64,000 nt of DNA. Source: the human T2T-CHM13v2.0 reference genome, Homo sapiens. Shown piece after piece: positions 1-14,436 of this stretch; the stretch's first letter is position 1; each line of letters opens with the position of its first letter. The notes beneath the pieces were generated by a model, which ran no database searches, was not told the origin of the DNA, and saw nothing but the letters and a program-made list of their open reading frames with translations. A program made the position numbers and the translations under genes. Where the stretch lies: the NCBI RefSeq assembly GCF_009914755.1, contig NC_060940.1; one strand, given 5' to 3'.

Positions 1-727
1 ATCTATTAGCAAGGTGCCAGTCTCAACTGTGTAACTTTTATAAAGCAAACACTAAAGGCCTCTTGGGGTGAAGGATATTATAATTATGGATGATTTATAC
101 TCCCTAGCTCATGTATACATTGCACTTGATGAGAATGTTCTACTTGACGTAGCCAGAAACATTAAGCAAAAAATAGTGTTGCATTCTGGGTTAGAAACCC
201 ATCTTTTGTTTTATGTCTAATCTATCCAGTGCTAAAACATTTGGAATGATACCTCTGCATGCTGCTGTGAAGGAAATACGAACATAATGAGTGCATTTCT
301 GATTTCAGACCAGATCATCATTTCCTTCTAAAATACCTCACTGAGTTTAGCATATTTATTCCTTGGTGGAATGTTTGCTGTGTATTGCAGTACGAAAGCA
401 AAAGAAAATAATCATTATAATTATAATTTCCGGGCTAGGAGGGACCTTAGTGATATATCTAGTCCGGGGTGTCCGGGCTTAAATTACAGGGTCGGCTGAT
501 AAGTATTCTACTTTTTATGATTCAGAATCTACAAGTTAAAAGAGGAAGAGAGAAGAGAAAAGACAGTAGTAAAGGAGGTACTTTTGCATTAATAAGAACA
601 CAGACCTAGGTGTCTCACCTCCACCTCCTACCTGAGCCACCTTTGATAAGTGAGAATCTCTCTGGACATCAGTTTTCAGCTCCAGAAGAAAACAAAAAGA
701 AAAAAAAAAACCCAAAACAGGGATCAA

Positions 728-1030
728 GGCCAGGAGCAGTGGCTCACGCCTGTAATCGCAGCACTTTGGGAGGCTGAGGCAGGAGGATTGCTTGAGGCCA
801 CGAGTTCAAGATCAGCCTGGCCAACATCGCAAGATCCCATCTGTACCAATAAGCTGAAAATTAACCTGGCATGGTGGTGTGCACCTGTAGTCCCAGCTAC
901 TTTGAAGGCTGAAGCAAGGAGGCAGAAACAAGAAGATCGCTGAAGCCCAGGAGTTCAAGGCTGCACTGAGCCAAGATCGCAACATTGTGTTCCAAGCTGG
1001 GCAACAGAGCAAGACCCTCTCAAAAACAAA
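728..1030 (+). mobile_element. Alu (AluJ-like)
   Basis: ggccaggagcagtggctcacgcctgtaatc ... gcaagaccctctcaaaaacaaaa; J-type 'aggattgcttgaggcc' and 'aaggctgcactgagcc'. Confidence 0.93.
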
Positions 1031-1652
1031 ACACAGATGGATAGGTTTGAGACAGCCCTCACTCACATAACTTTTAGAGAAGTAAATCGGATAGTGCATG
1101 CGTACTATTATTATTACAGCACTATTGCCAGGCAGCAAGCAGGCCCAGGGTGGTGTAAGTCGGCTTTGCTCATCCATAGATGAAGGATGCAGAACATTCC
1201 TCAGTTGACTAATGTGTGAACTGCACACTGAGAACTGGCCTGCGGTCCTCCAGCTAATTAGTGGCGGAGCCATGCTCTCCAGACTCGGGGTCAAGGCACT
1301 GGGGCTGAGCTGCTGCTTTCCCCAGGCTCCCGGAGACCCACTCCCTTGTTCTCCTAGCAGCTGGATGAAGCCTGTGGTCCTCAACATTTCTACTAATTCC
1401 CTCAAAGAAGGGCCTGGGATTGTTTCCATTCTGTGTGTTGCGGACTAGGGAGCTAACTGCGGTTCCTTTCTGCAGGGAGGAAGCTTGCTCTACAGATTAG
1501 AAAGGAAACACGCAGCTTCCCAAGCATGTCACTTCTGAACTGTTTAATAAATCCACGTAGCCCGTTTTCTTATTTCCTTGATAACTTTTCAAAAATTATT
1601 CCTTAAACAAATGACTTCCTACTATAGCCTAAATCTAAAATCTAAACAATAA

Positions 1653-1985
<333 letters not shown>

Positions 1986-2027
1986 TTCATTCCTTTTTAT
2001 AGTTGAATAATTCTCCTGAAGTGGACA

Positions 2028-2418
2028 TGTTCCGTGAAAGGGCCGTATTTGCAAAGTGGTCCCCAAATGCTGAAGTTGCTGAGAAACCAAAGTACAAGGC
2101 AGAAAAATCCAGTTTGACATTAAAAGCTGTTTTACTGGGAAAACTTAAAGACAGCTGTCTTGAGTGGCAGGAAGACAGAGCTCCACACTGCTACTCCCCA
2201 GACCCAGGGCTTATATACCTTAGGGAAAGGGCATAAGCGCTGTGTACAAGACAACTGAAGGCAACCCTCCAGGAGAGGCAAGAATGATCAAAGTTGACAC
2301 GTTGTTATGCTAAGGACTGGAAATAAAGTAGGAATCAGGAGGCATTCACGGAGCTGGGACTGATCAGAAGTCAATATGGCAGATTAGCATCCAAGATGGA
2401 GTCACTGTTGTTTCCACA
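2028..2418 (-). mobile_element. ERV solo LTR (LTR47/MER72-like, tentative) inserted in an old L1M
   Basis: TG..CA termini (tgttccg ... tttccaca); minus strand begins tgtggaaacaacagtgactccatcttggatgctaatc; flanked by ggaca/ggata. Confidence 0.7.
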
Positions 2419-2645
2419 GGATACCATAGTTTGTTCATCCGTTGATGGACAGTTGGGTTGTTTTTACCTTTTTGCTATTATGGCTAATGCTGCTTTGGAC
2501 CTATGTGCATGGGGTTTGGATGTAGGTTTTCATTTCTCTTGAATATATCCCTAGGTGTGGAATTGCTGGGTAATGTGGTCTAATACACCTTTGGTTAACG
2601 AAATAAATAGCATTTTAGTTGTTTTTTTTTTTTTAATTGTCATTC
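2419..2645 (-). mobile_element. L1M 3' region fragment
   Basis: catccgttgatggacagttgggttgttttt...gctattatggctaatgctgct...gaatatatccctaggtgtggaattgctgggt is typical antisense L1 3' sequence. Confidence 0.75.
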
Positions 2646-2849
2646 TACGACCATCTCCAGGACCATTAGTGGCACAGATACCACAATTTAAGAAATCCCA
2701 TAAACCATCGTGACCTACACACTTGTAAGGCCTTCCATCTTGCAACGCTATTGGCCGTTGTGGCTTGTGTTTTTCTGGATGGTCATCACGACCTTCCCAG
2801 GTCGTCCTTTTACCTCTCATTGGCCGCAGTTATGCCCATTCCTACTTAA

Positions 2850-3284
<435 letters not shown>

Positions 3285-4084
3285 TGCAAATGATTTTGTC
3301 CACAGAGCAGACTGAGTTTCTGTTCTTAATTTGTATTTAAAATAGAAAATCTCAGTGGCCACCTTGGTCCCCGCTCTCACTGCAAAGAGTCTGTCCCAGC
3401 TACTGTTAGGGACTCATTTGTAACCAAACACTGAACAGAGGATGTCACAGTTAGTGACTAATCCCATCTGGTGAAATCAGTATATGGGATTGCACATGAA
3501 ATGAAGAGTTTCTGAACTTGAGTGTAGCTCTATATCTTATAAAGAAATCTACAAGTGCTTTTGTCCTTGATGTGTTTCATTTGGGGAATACATCCATTTC
3601 TGTCTCCGCCTTCTTTAAACCTGAAAGGAAGAGAGTTGGTAGAAACACTCTGTCCAAAGGAAGATCAATGCTAACAATGTTCATTTTTCTAAGTGTCTCC
3701 TTCTTCTGAAATAAAAGTTAGGAATCTCTGACACCGGCTCCCTTCCTGCCTTCTACACCAAAGTGGGAGTTAAGATGTTCCAGATACCATTTGCTGTTTT
3801 GAAGGAGGGTCTGTGTGCTGTGTGATGAGTAGACTCTTCCCCTTTGCTTCGATGGGAACCTCGGCATTCCAAGTGGACATATTTCATATCCTCAGGGCTT
3901 GTTCTCCTCCTCTGTGGATCTCAGTAGCAGACCTTCAGCTGCCTCTTAGAGAACAGGGCCCTGGGGGAGACATCATCCTTTGTCAGAAATCCTGGAAAAA
4001 TACCAAGAAACTGACACAAGTCGAAAGAGGGACAATGGAGACCTGGGTATTATCCCTTTAGGGTGTTCTTACTCAACCTAAGTC

Positions 4085-4558
<474 letters not shown>

Positions 4559-5112
4559 CTATAGGAAGACTTCATACATGCAGAGTAAAACCATCTTAAA
4601 TCCAATCACATTAATTGTTAATTAAATTAATGTCTGCCTGGGCCCTAATTCATAACTTTCATGTTGCAATTCCCTCCTGATATCCAGAGGCATCATTTAA
4701 AGAATAAGTAACCAGGGACATAAAAATGAATTATTTATCTTACCCAAATCTCATACCCTTCTCAGTGAAAATGTGGTTGCTTGTCACTGAGTGTCCTACC
4801 CAATGGGCATATCTCTGGTCGTTTCAGAGAAAGAAATCATTCTCTGCCTTCCGAATGCAGACAACATGAAGCGGCAGTCTCACGTTGATATTATGGTTAA
4901 TTAATCTTGGGCATAGGAGTATGCAGGAGCATTGAGCAGAAGCGCACTCGTTAATAAACAAGTATTTTCAGTGCAACACATTGCAGGCTTGGCCCTTACC
5001 TGATGTAACAGATGGAGGAGAAAGTGGGGGTGGGGAGGAAAGTGGCTGTGATCTAGTGACGCAGGGTCCTATTTCAAACACCATTTCTCCATTTAATAAC
5101 AACAGCTAATGA

Positions 5113-5421
5113 TTTTTGTTTGTTTGTTTTTGAGGCAGAGTGTTGCTCATTCATCCAGGCTGGAGTGCACAGGTAGGATCTCAGCTCACTGCAACCTCCG
5201 TTCTTGGGTTTAAGCCATTCTCCTGTCTCAGCCTACTGAGTAGCTGGGATTACAGGCACCTGCCATCGTGCCTGGGTAGTTTTTTGTATTGTTTTTTTGG
5301 AGATGGGGTTTCACCATGTTGGCCAGGCTGGTCTTGAACTCCTGACCTCAGGTGATCCGCCCGCCTCAGCTTCCCAAAGTGCTGGGCTGGGATTACAGGT
5401 GTGAGCCATGGCGCCTGGCCC
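5113..5421 (-). mobile_element. Alu (AluS-like)
   Basis: tttgaggcagagtgttgctc ... gtgagccatggcgcctggcc; flanked by (c/g)agctaatg direct repeat. Confidence 0.93.
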
Positions 5422-5902
5422 AAGAGCTAATGTTTCTTGACCAATTCCTATTTATCCTGTTTACATGTATTAATTTCTCCAAATTAATTCCTCACAACAG
5501 CCCAGCAGTTTAGGTTCTCTTATTAGCTCCATTTTATAGACCAAAAAATAAAATAAAGCTCCCCCAAACTGGAACATAGAGGGTTTTTTTTTTAAGTAAA
5601 CTTCTCAGCATCACACACTAATAAAGAGTAGACCTGGGATTTGAACCATGAAATCCCAAGAGAGATCCAGAACCTACTCTCTTAGACATTTCTCCACTTC
5701 CTATGGCTTGAAATTTGTTTTAAAGGAAACCCTGGTATCTTCGAACAAGTATCTGGAAATTCCGTCCTTTTTGTTGATGGAGAGATAAAAATCCAGATTG
5801 ATTCCAGATCCATAAGACATTGTCATCAGCACTGATATATTGTATGTTATAGATAAGGAGAAAAATTTCCAGGAGGCTGAGTGACCTGGCTAAGATCATT
5901 CT

Positions 5903-6465
5903 TTTTTTTTTTTTTTTTTTTTCATTATTATTATTTCAATAGTTCTGGGAGAACAAGTGGTTTTTGTTAAATGGTTAAGTTGCTGAGTGGTGATTTCTGA
6001 GATTTTGGTGCACCCATCACCTGAGCAGTGTACACTGTACCCAGTGTGTCATCTTTTATCCTTTACCCCCTCCCACTTTTCCCCTCTGAGTCCCCAAAGT
6101 CCATTACATCATTCTTGCCCCTTTGCATCCTCAAAGCTTAGCTCTCCCTTATAAGACGGAAAATATGATATTTGTTTTTCCGTTCCTGAGTTACTTCACT
6201 TAGAATAATGGCATCCAACTCCATCCAAGTTGCTGCATAGGCCATTATTTTGTTCCATTTTATGGCTGAGTCATATTCTATGGTGTAGGTGTATTTTCTT
6301 TATCCACTCATTGGTTGATGGGCATTGAGTTTGGTTCCTTATTTTTGCAATTGCAAATTGTGCTGCTATAAACATGGGTATGCACATGTGTTTTTTATAT
6401 GACTTCTTTCCTTTGGTAGATATCCAGTAGTGGGATTGCTGGATCAAACGGTAGTTCTGCTCTTA
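5903..6465 (-). mobile_element. L1 3' end (L1PB-like), 5'-truncated
   Basis: poly-T, tttggtgcacccatcacctgagcagtgtacactgtaccc ... ttacttcacttagaataatgg ... gggattgctggatcaaacggtag. Confidence 0.85.
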
Positions 6466-6637
6466 ATGAAGTTCACTCCTGATATTGTCATGATACAATC
6501 TCTCTCTTCTGCACGAAACCAGAGTCCTTTCTACTGTTTCTCTTGCTTCCTCAGCTTATAAATGGCTTGTTTAAGTTGATACGAAAAAGTTAGATGTGTC
6601 CTAGACATTAAGGGAGCACCGAGTCCACAGAGGCTCT

Positions 6638-7070
6638 TGTAATTGCCAAGGGCTACCATAACAAATGACCAGCTAGTGGCAGGCTTGAAACAACAGAAAT
6701 TTATTCCATTACTGCTTGGGGAATTAGAAGTCTGAAATCAAGATGTGGAGATATTAGCTCCTTCTGGAAGCTTTGAGGGAGAATACATTTCATACCTCTT
6801 CCCTAGTTTCTTTTGGTTCCAAGCAATCATTGGCACCCCTTGGCTTGTGGCTGCATCACTCCAGTCTTTACTTCATCTGCAGTGGGCTTTCCCTCTGTCT
6901 CTGTGTGTGTCTTCTCCTCCTCTTAGGAGAACATCCACCCTGAATCCAGGATGATTCCATCTTGAGATCCTTAACTTAGTTACACCACCTGCAAAAGCTT
7001 TATTTCCAAATAGGGTCACATTCACTGATATCAGGGATTAGGACTTGGACATAGGTTTTTGCAGGACACT
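6638..7070 (-). mobile_element. MaLR LTR (MLT1B/C-like)
   Basis: gggctaccataacaaatgacc...ttgaaacaacagaaatttatt...gagatccttaactt...ttatttccaaatagggtcacattc. Confidence 0.8.
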
Positions 7071-7314
7071 ATCTGGCTAGTCTGTAATGACTATCAGAGA
7101 ATGGATTCTATAGTTACTGGATAAGTTTGCCCTTGTTTGACTGGAACACAGTATCTCAAGTGGTTGTGGTGAAGCCCACAGACTATGGGGCTCAGCAGGT
7201 GTTGGTTTGAGCTCCTGCACCATTCGTTAGCTTTGTGACCATTGATAAGTTTCCGAAACTCCCCCAGGCTGCCATCTCTTCATTTAGGAAATGGTGATAT
7301 TCATCTTAACTAAA

Positions 7315-8082
7315 TGCATGAGTTTTCTATTCTGTGTTACAAATTACCCACACACATTTAGCAATTTAAAACAGCACACATTTGTTTTCTCACAATGTCT
7401 ATGGGTTAAAATTTTGATACAATTTAGCTGTGTCCTTTGTTCATGCTCTCACATGACTCCAGTGAACCTGTCAGGTGGGTTGTGTTCACATTTGGAGGCT
7501 CAAATGGGGATGGATATGCTTCGAAGATCACCCAGGTTGTTGGCACAATTTATTTCCTGTGACCGTAAGTCTGAGATTGGTGGATTCTTGCTGACTGTTG
7601 GCCATAAACCATGTTTACCTTCCAGAGGCTGCATTCAGCTTTCTGAGGTCACCCATAGTTCCTTCCTACATGGCCTTTGCCATAGGTCCTCTCATAACAT
7701 GGCAGCTTGCTTCTTCAAGCAGTGGAGAAAGAATAATTTATGTATATACATAAATTACTGTATATATATATATATATATTTTTTTTCTTAGGGTTGCTTT
7801 CAATCAATAGACAGTATGGCAGGCAGAGGTGATGGAAAGTTATACCGTGATAATGTTCATATATATGAGCATATGTATGTGTGTGTGTATATATATGAAG
7901 ATGTATGTTGTATATGCACACACATGAACATAATCACCATGTAACTTTCCATCACTTCTGCTGCATTCTGTTGGTTGGAAGCAAGTCCCAGGTCTACCCA
8001 TAATCAAGAGGAGGAGATTATGCAAGGGTGAGAACACAGGAAGTCAGGGATCATTGGCAGTCACCTTAGCTTCTGCACACCA
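7315..8082 (-). mobile_element. MaLR LTR (MLT1E/F-like) with internal (TA)n/(TG)n tracts
   Basis: ttacaaattaccca...ttaaaacagcacacatttg...aacatggcagcttgcttcttcaa...gaagcaagtccc...gggtgagaacacaggaagtcagggatcatt. Confidence 0.7.
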
Positions 8083-9366
8083 CTGAAATATTGTATGAAT
8101 TAGAATATACACAGAACTAGCACAATGCCTAACACGTTGTGGCTATTTAATGTATATAACTGCTGTTACCAACTGGCAGCTGGTATTACTATTCAGGTTA
8201 ATCACTGCCCAGATTTTAGCATCTACAACTTTCTTCACACAGGCTGTTCCCTGTGCAACTTCAGGAGCACCTTACACACAGGGGAGGATGTGAAATGGAT
8301 CCTGGGGGGTAGGTGCAATTCAGTGGTTCTTGCTACAATGGAGAGGTCTGAGGCATTGGCATCGATCTCAGAAAGACCTGAGCATCCTACATTGATATAA
8401 ACTGTAACTTATTCAGATATTGGAAAGCACTGGTTTTCAGTTCCGAGTGTCCGGTGGTAATGGCAAGTTTCGCATGCTGCAGCCCCTTGCAAGCCCACTA
8501 AAGAACATCTGCCACGCGGCACAGCAGTGGCTGCTGGTTTTTGCTCTCTGCAGTGAGCACTTCCAGGCTGTCTTGCCTCTTCCTGAATTTGTGGGTGGTT
8601 GCTAATCTTTTAGCTCATTTTCTTTGCTGTGTTTTTCCACATTTAAAATCTTTTATTTTCCTGCGTCTGTGTTTTCATTTCCAGGAGACAGTTGGCTTTT
8701 TTCGTGTGTGTGGAATAAATGAACATGTGATTCTTTTACTTGCTGACTGTTGAATGTGAAATGTGCAGCCACCTGTAAGCCAGGTGAGGGTGGAGTAAAC
8801 TTAGGCCATGTTTTGGGCCTCACTGCATCCACCACTCCAAAAACTGGAAAGCCTTCTGAGATTTTAAACATTTTCCAGTAATTTCCTTATTGTATGGTGA
8901 CTGTGAGTAATAAATCAGGAGGTCAGCGTTCATCACAGGTGGGATTGTGTGATGATGGTGTCACAGAGCACATCATAGTGAGCATTTCCATTTCTAGGTG
9001 TACCTTGGGAAGTCTTAAACAAGGGGGTCTATATGTCTGTATTTCCTTTTGGCCATTTTTGATAATGACCAACCAGAACATATCCAAATCAGATGATGTA
9101 AGGTGCCTTTAATACACAAACTACTTATAAATCTATAGGCAGTGTATAAGCAAACCATAGACAGTGCAGTACCGTCGGCTGTTTATACAAGAGCTGTTAT
9201 TACCCCTAAGCCCAGAAGGCAATGAGAGAAAGTGATTTGTAGAATTCCAAAGGAGATAGGAAAGCAGCTGGTCCAGTGTGAGTCTGAGAATAAATACCCT
9301 GGTCCCTGCTCCTGGTCTTCAGTTGCCTGCCTGAGCTCTCCATCAGCCCAGCCCCACAGGCTGCTA

Positions 9367-9806
<440 letters not shown>

Positions 9807-9975
9807 TTACCCCTTGACTGCCATTTTCTAGCCTTTAAAGCAGTAGAAGGCCAGCAAAGTGGTCAGGAACACAGATATCAAAGCTTAATTAATAGTTAGT
9901 CTATTTTGGAGTCCAATAAAGGATTTGCCACCTTCTAGCCATGAAACTTCAGGCAAGTGACTGAACCTCTTTGAG

Positions 9976-10713
9976 TGTATTAGTCCATGCTGCATTGCTA
10001 TAAAGAAATACCTGAAGGTCAGGTGTGGTGGCTGACACCTGTAATCCCAGCACTTTGGAGGCTGAGTCAGGCAGATCACCTGAAGTTAGGAGTTTGAGAC
10101 CATCCTGGCCAACATGGTGAAACCCTGTCTCTACTAAAAATACAAACATTAGTCAGATATGGTGGTACGTACCTGTAGTCCCAGCTTCTCGGGAGACTGA
10201 GGCATGAGAGTCGCTTGAACCCGGAGGTGGAGGTTGCAGTGAGCTGAGATTGTACCACTGCACTCCAGCCTGGGTGACAGGAAGACTCTGTCTCAAAAAT
10301 AATAATAATAATAATAATAATAATAGCAATAATGCCACCTGAGACTGGGTAATTTATAAAGAAAAGAGGTTTATTTGACTCACAGTTCTGCTGGCTGTGC
10401 AGTTATGGCTCCAGCATCTGCTCTGCTTCTGGTGAGGCCTCAGGGAGGTTCCACTCATCATGGGAGGCATGTTGGGCAGGGAAGAGGAACACGCAAGAGA
10501 GAGGGGAGGAGGTGCCAGCCTCCTTTAAACAACCAGATCTCGTGTGAACTAACAGAGTGAGTGCTCACTCATCACTAAGGGGATGGCAGGCACCAAGCCA
10601 TTCTTGAGGAAGCCACCCCCATAACTCAAATATTTCCCTCCAGGCCCACCTCCAACATTGGGGATCACATTTCAACATGAGATTTAGAGAGGACACATAT
10701 CCAAACTGTATCA
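9976..10713 (-). mobile_element. MaLR LTR (MSTA/B-like) inserted in a MIR and interrupted by an Alu
   Basis: tgtattagtccatgctgcattgctataaagaaatacctga ... gactgggtaatttataaagaaaagagg ... tccaaactgtatca. Confidence 0.85.
10017..10325 (+). mobile_element. Alu (AluSx-like) with (AAT)n tail
   Basis: ggtcaggtgtggtggctgacacctgtaatcc ... tctcaaaaataataataat. Confidence 0.93.
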
Positions 10714-10800
10714 CCGAGCCTCCATTTCTTCACCTGCAAAATAATGAGATGCAAGTACCTACCTCTTGTCCTTACTGTGATAAAATATTTCTACCTTTAT

Positions 10801-11238
10801 TCTTTTTTTTTTAATTTTATTATTATTATACTTTAAGTTTTAGGGTACATGTGCACAACGTGCAGGTTTGTTACATATTTGTACATGTGCCATGTTGGTG
10901 TGCTGCACCCATTAACTTGTCATTTAGCATTAGGTATATCTCCTAATGCTATCCCTCCCCCCTCCCCCTCCCCCTACCCCACAACAGTCCCTGGTGTGTG
11001 ATGTTCCCCTTCCTGTGTCCATGTGTTCTCATTGTTCAATTCCTACCTATGAGTGAGAACATGCGGTGTTTGGTTTTTTGCCCTTGCGATAGTTTGCTGA
11101 GAATGATGGTTTCCAGTTTCATCCATGTCCGTACAAAGGACATGAACTCATCATTTTTTATGGCTGCATAATATTCCATGGTGTATATGTGCCACATTTT
11201 CTTAATCCAGTCTATCGTTGTTGGACATCTAGGTTGTT

Positions 11239-11240
<2 letters not shown>
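10801..11240 (-). mobile_element. L1PA 3' end (L1PA3-5-like), 5'-truncated
   Basis: ttatactttaagttttagggtacatgtgcacaacgtgcaggtttgttac ... cttaatccagtctatcgttgttggacat. Confidence 0.92.
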
Positions 11241-11554
<314 letters not shown>

Positions 11555-11624
11555 TATCCTTTTTAATGCGACTAATGGACTCCACATTTATTTATTTATT
11601 TATTTATTTATTTATTGTCCTATC

Positions 11625-11770
11625 CACCCTATTCCACTGTGAATGTAAATTTCCGGGGGGGCAGGGATTTTGATCTATTTTATTCACTGACATAGCTCTA
11701 GCATTAAGACTAGTTGGTGGCATAGAGGAGGCAATCCATAAATATTTGGGGGCATCAGTAAATAAGATAG
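11625..11770 (+). mobile_element. L2 3' end remnant
   Basis: gaatgtaaatttcc...ggcagggattttgatctattttattcactg...ggcatagaggaggcaatccataaatattt. Confidence 0.65.
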
Positions 11771-12160
11771 TGGCTACAAAGGGCTTAGGGTAGGGCCTGG
11801 AATGCGTTAACAGCTTGATATTTGAGCAAGTATTTGGTAGTAAATACATCAAAGTTGATTTTAAACACCCAAACACAGACAAGCAAAGAACGGGAAATCC
11901 CCCAGGTAGGGATGATATTTAGAAATAGGAATAAAATAAGCCTGGCGAAATTACCTTTGGTGAGTTCCTTGCAAGGTTATGTGATTTAAAAAAAAAATCT
12001 GTAATTACATTTCTCTATGTAATTTTGTTTTATCATCTATTTATTTATTTACTTTTGCAATTAATTTATTTTAGTAACCTAAACTCATCGTTAAGTCTGT
12101 AGTCCTGGAAACCATGTCAACCGTCAGATCTCTGTCTATGCTCAAAAACCTCAACTTGCT

Positions 12161-12462
12161 GGCTGGGCTTGGTGGCTCGTGTTAGTCCCAGCACTTTGGG
12201 AGGCCGAGGTGGGTTGATCACTTGAGGTCAGGAGTTCAAGACCAGCCTGGCCAACATGATGAAACCCTGTCTCTACTAAAAATACAAAAAACTAGCTGGG
12301 CATGGTGGTGTGCATCTGTAATCTCAGCTAATCCAGAGGCTGAGGCAGGAGACTCCCTTGAACCTGGGAGGGGGAGGTTGCAGTGAGCTGAGATCACACC
12401 ACTGCGCTACAGCCTGGGCAACAGAGCAAGACTCCATCTCAAAGAAAAAACAAAAACAAAAA
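12161..12462 (+). mobile_element. Alu (AluSx-like)
   Basis: ggctgggcttggtggctc ... gactccatctcaaagaaaaaac. Confidence 0.93.
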
Positions 12463-13350
12463 CCCTTATTTGGCAGTGACTGGGTACACAGAGTTGTGCA
12501 ACAGGAGACCCGCCTGCAGAAAGTACCCACTGGGATCCTCACCACACAGCAGGCCTCAGAATTTCCCCTGCCTCCTGATCGGTGTTCAGATGTAGATAGT
12601 AGGTTCAGTGGGTTGATTAAGTTAATGACATTTGTAGCGGTGTTATAGGCTGCAGGCCAGGGAGAGGCTTTCTGGAAAATTGCAGGGAGAAATCCTGCAG
12701 GCTCTGCCTTTGAAAGATAATGCTAGTTGCATGCTGGGGCTGTCTCCTCCCTTTGTCTTGAAGGTGTAGAAGACACAGCTTTGCGGGCTGAGTAAACATA
12801 TGTGCATGGTTAAGGTAAAAATGCTACTTAGCTCTTCTTCCCGTTAATTCGTTCAAGAACTGGTGAAAGAGAGCACACTTCTTGGAGACTGAACTTTTAA
12901 ATGCTTCTGCTGGGTCTCTTGAGTTCTTAAAATTATCGTTTTGATCTTTCTGTCCCGTGCAGATACAAAATACATAAACAGCCACGTGACTCTTTTTATT
13001 TTTCACTTAGAACCTGCGCATTGTCCTAGCAGGTACTCCCTCAGGGCCTGGGTTTTGTTGTCACTGCTGGAATGCAGTTGCTCCTCCTTGCCTTACTCAG
13101 GCCTCTGCCAGCTTCTCAGACAGCTTTGTCAAGCAATTGCTACTCAACCAGCGATTACTATTAACCCTTCGTTACCTAAATCCACCCACCATTTTTCTTT
13201 TCCTATACCGATGGGCCTCAAGCTTGAGTTTGCATTAGCTTCCCCCAGAGGGTTTGATCCCCTAGAGACTTAGAGGGTCCCCACCCTCAGAAGTTCTGAA
13301 TTGTTAGGTCTGGGTGGGGCTCAGGGATTTCATTTTTTAACGAAACCCTA

Positions 13351-13704
<354 letters not shown>

Positions 13705-14289
13705 TCATTCACTGCTGTGTCCTGTGTGCCTGGAAAAGTACCTGACATTTAGCAGGGGCTTAATAGACATCTGCTGCATGTTGAATAATAGTGAGGATGT
13801 CAGCATCACCTGCTGCCCTTTGGGGGAGCAGATTTTAGGGCACTGTAGCAAGGCTGATTATAAGTCAGTGCCCTATGTAAGGCCTGGAACCTAAAATCTC
13901 CAATCATTGTTTTTGTTCTGTTGAATTAAGCCACCACCCTAAAGAGCCAGAAGCCTAACACTGAAGGAAATAGAAAATGTGGATCTCACAACACATCATT
14001 TCAAGTGTGTACATATACTAATAGCATACGCTAAACATCATCTAAACACTAAATATAATGATATAATGGCATTGGTCATAATCTTGAAGGTAGTTGCATC
14101 TCCGTAAAGTTTCCCATTGAGCTGCTGTTCCGCTGCTGCTGGCTTCCACCCCCAGCACCCACCCCTCTAGATTTATAATTTCCCCAACTTGGGTTGAAGC
14201 CCCAGATGACTGGGAGCTGCTTCTTTACTTTGGTTCCCTTCAGTCCCTTCGGCAGATGGCACAATTCTTAGTGTGTGTGATTGGGGTTT

Positions 14290-14436
14290 TCAGCATTGGC
14301 TGTGCATTGGCATTGCATGGGGAGTGTTAGAAAAGATTGATGTCTGGGTACTGCCCCCGAAGATTCTGATTTAATTGGTCTGAGGATCCCTGGGCATCCA
14401 GATTTTTAAAAGCTTACAGCCAAGGTTGTGAACCAT
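14290..14436 (+). mobile_element. MER5A-like hAT-Charlie relic
   Basis: ccccagaagattctgatttaattggtctgagg...tttttaaaagctt...agccaaggttgtgaacca type motifs. Confidence 0.6.

Noticed and set aside
812-1429. 205-aa minus-strand ORF
   Set aside because: The C-terminus is Alu-derived and the middle overlaps a MIR-like remnant; no recognisable homology.
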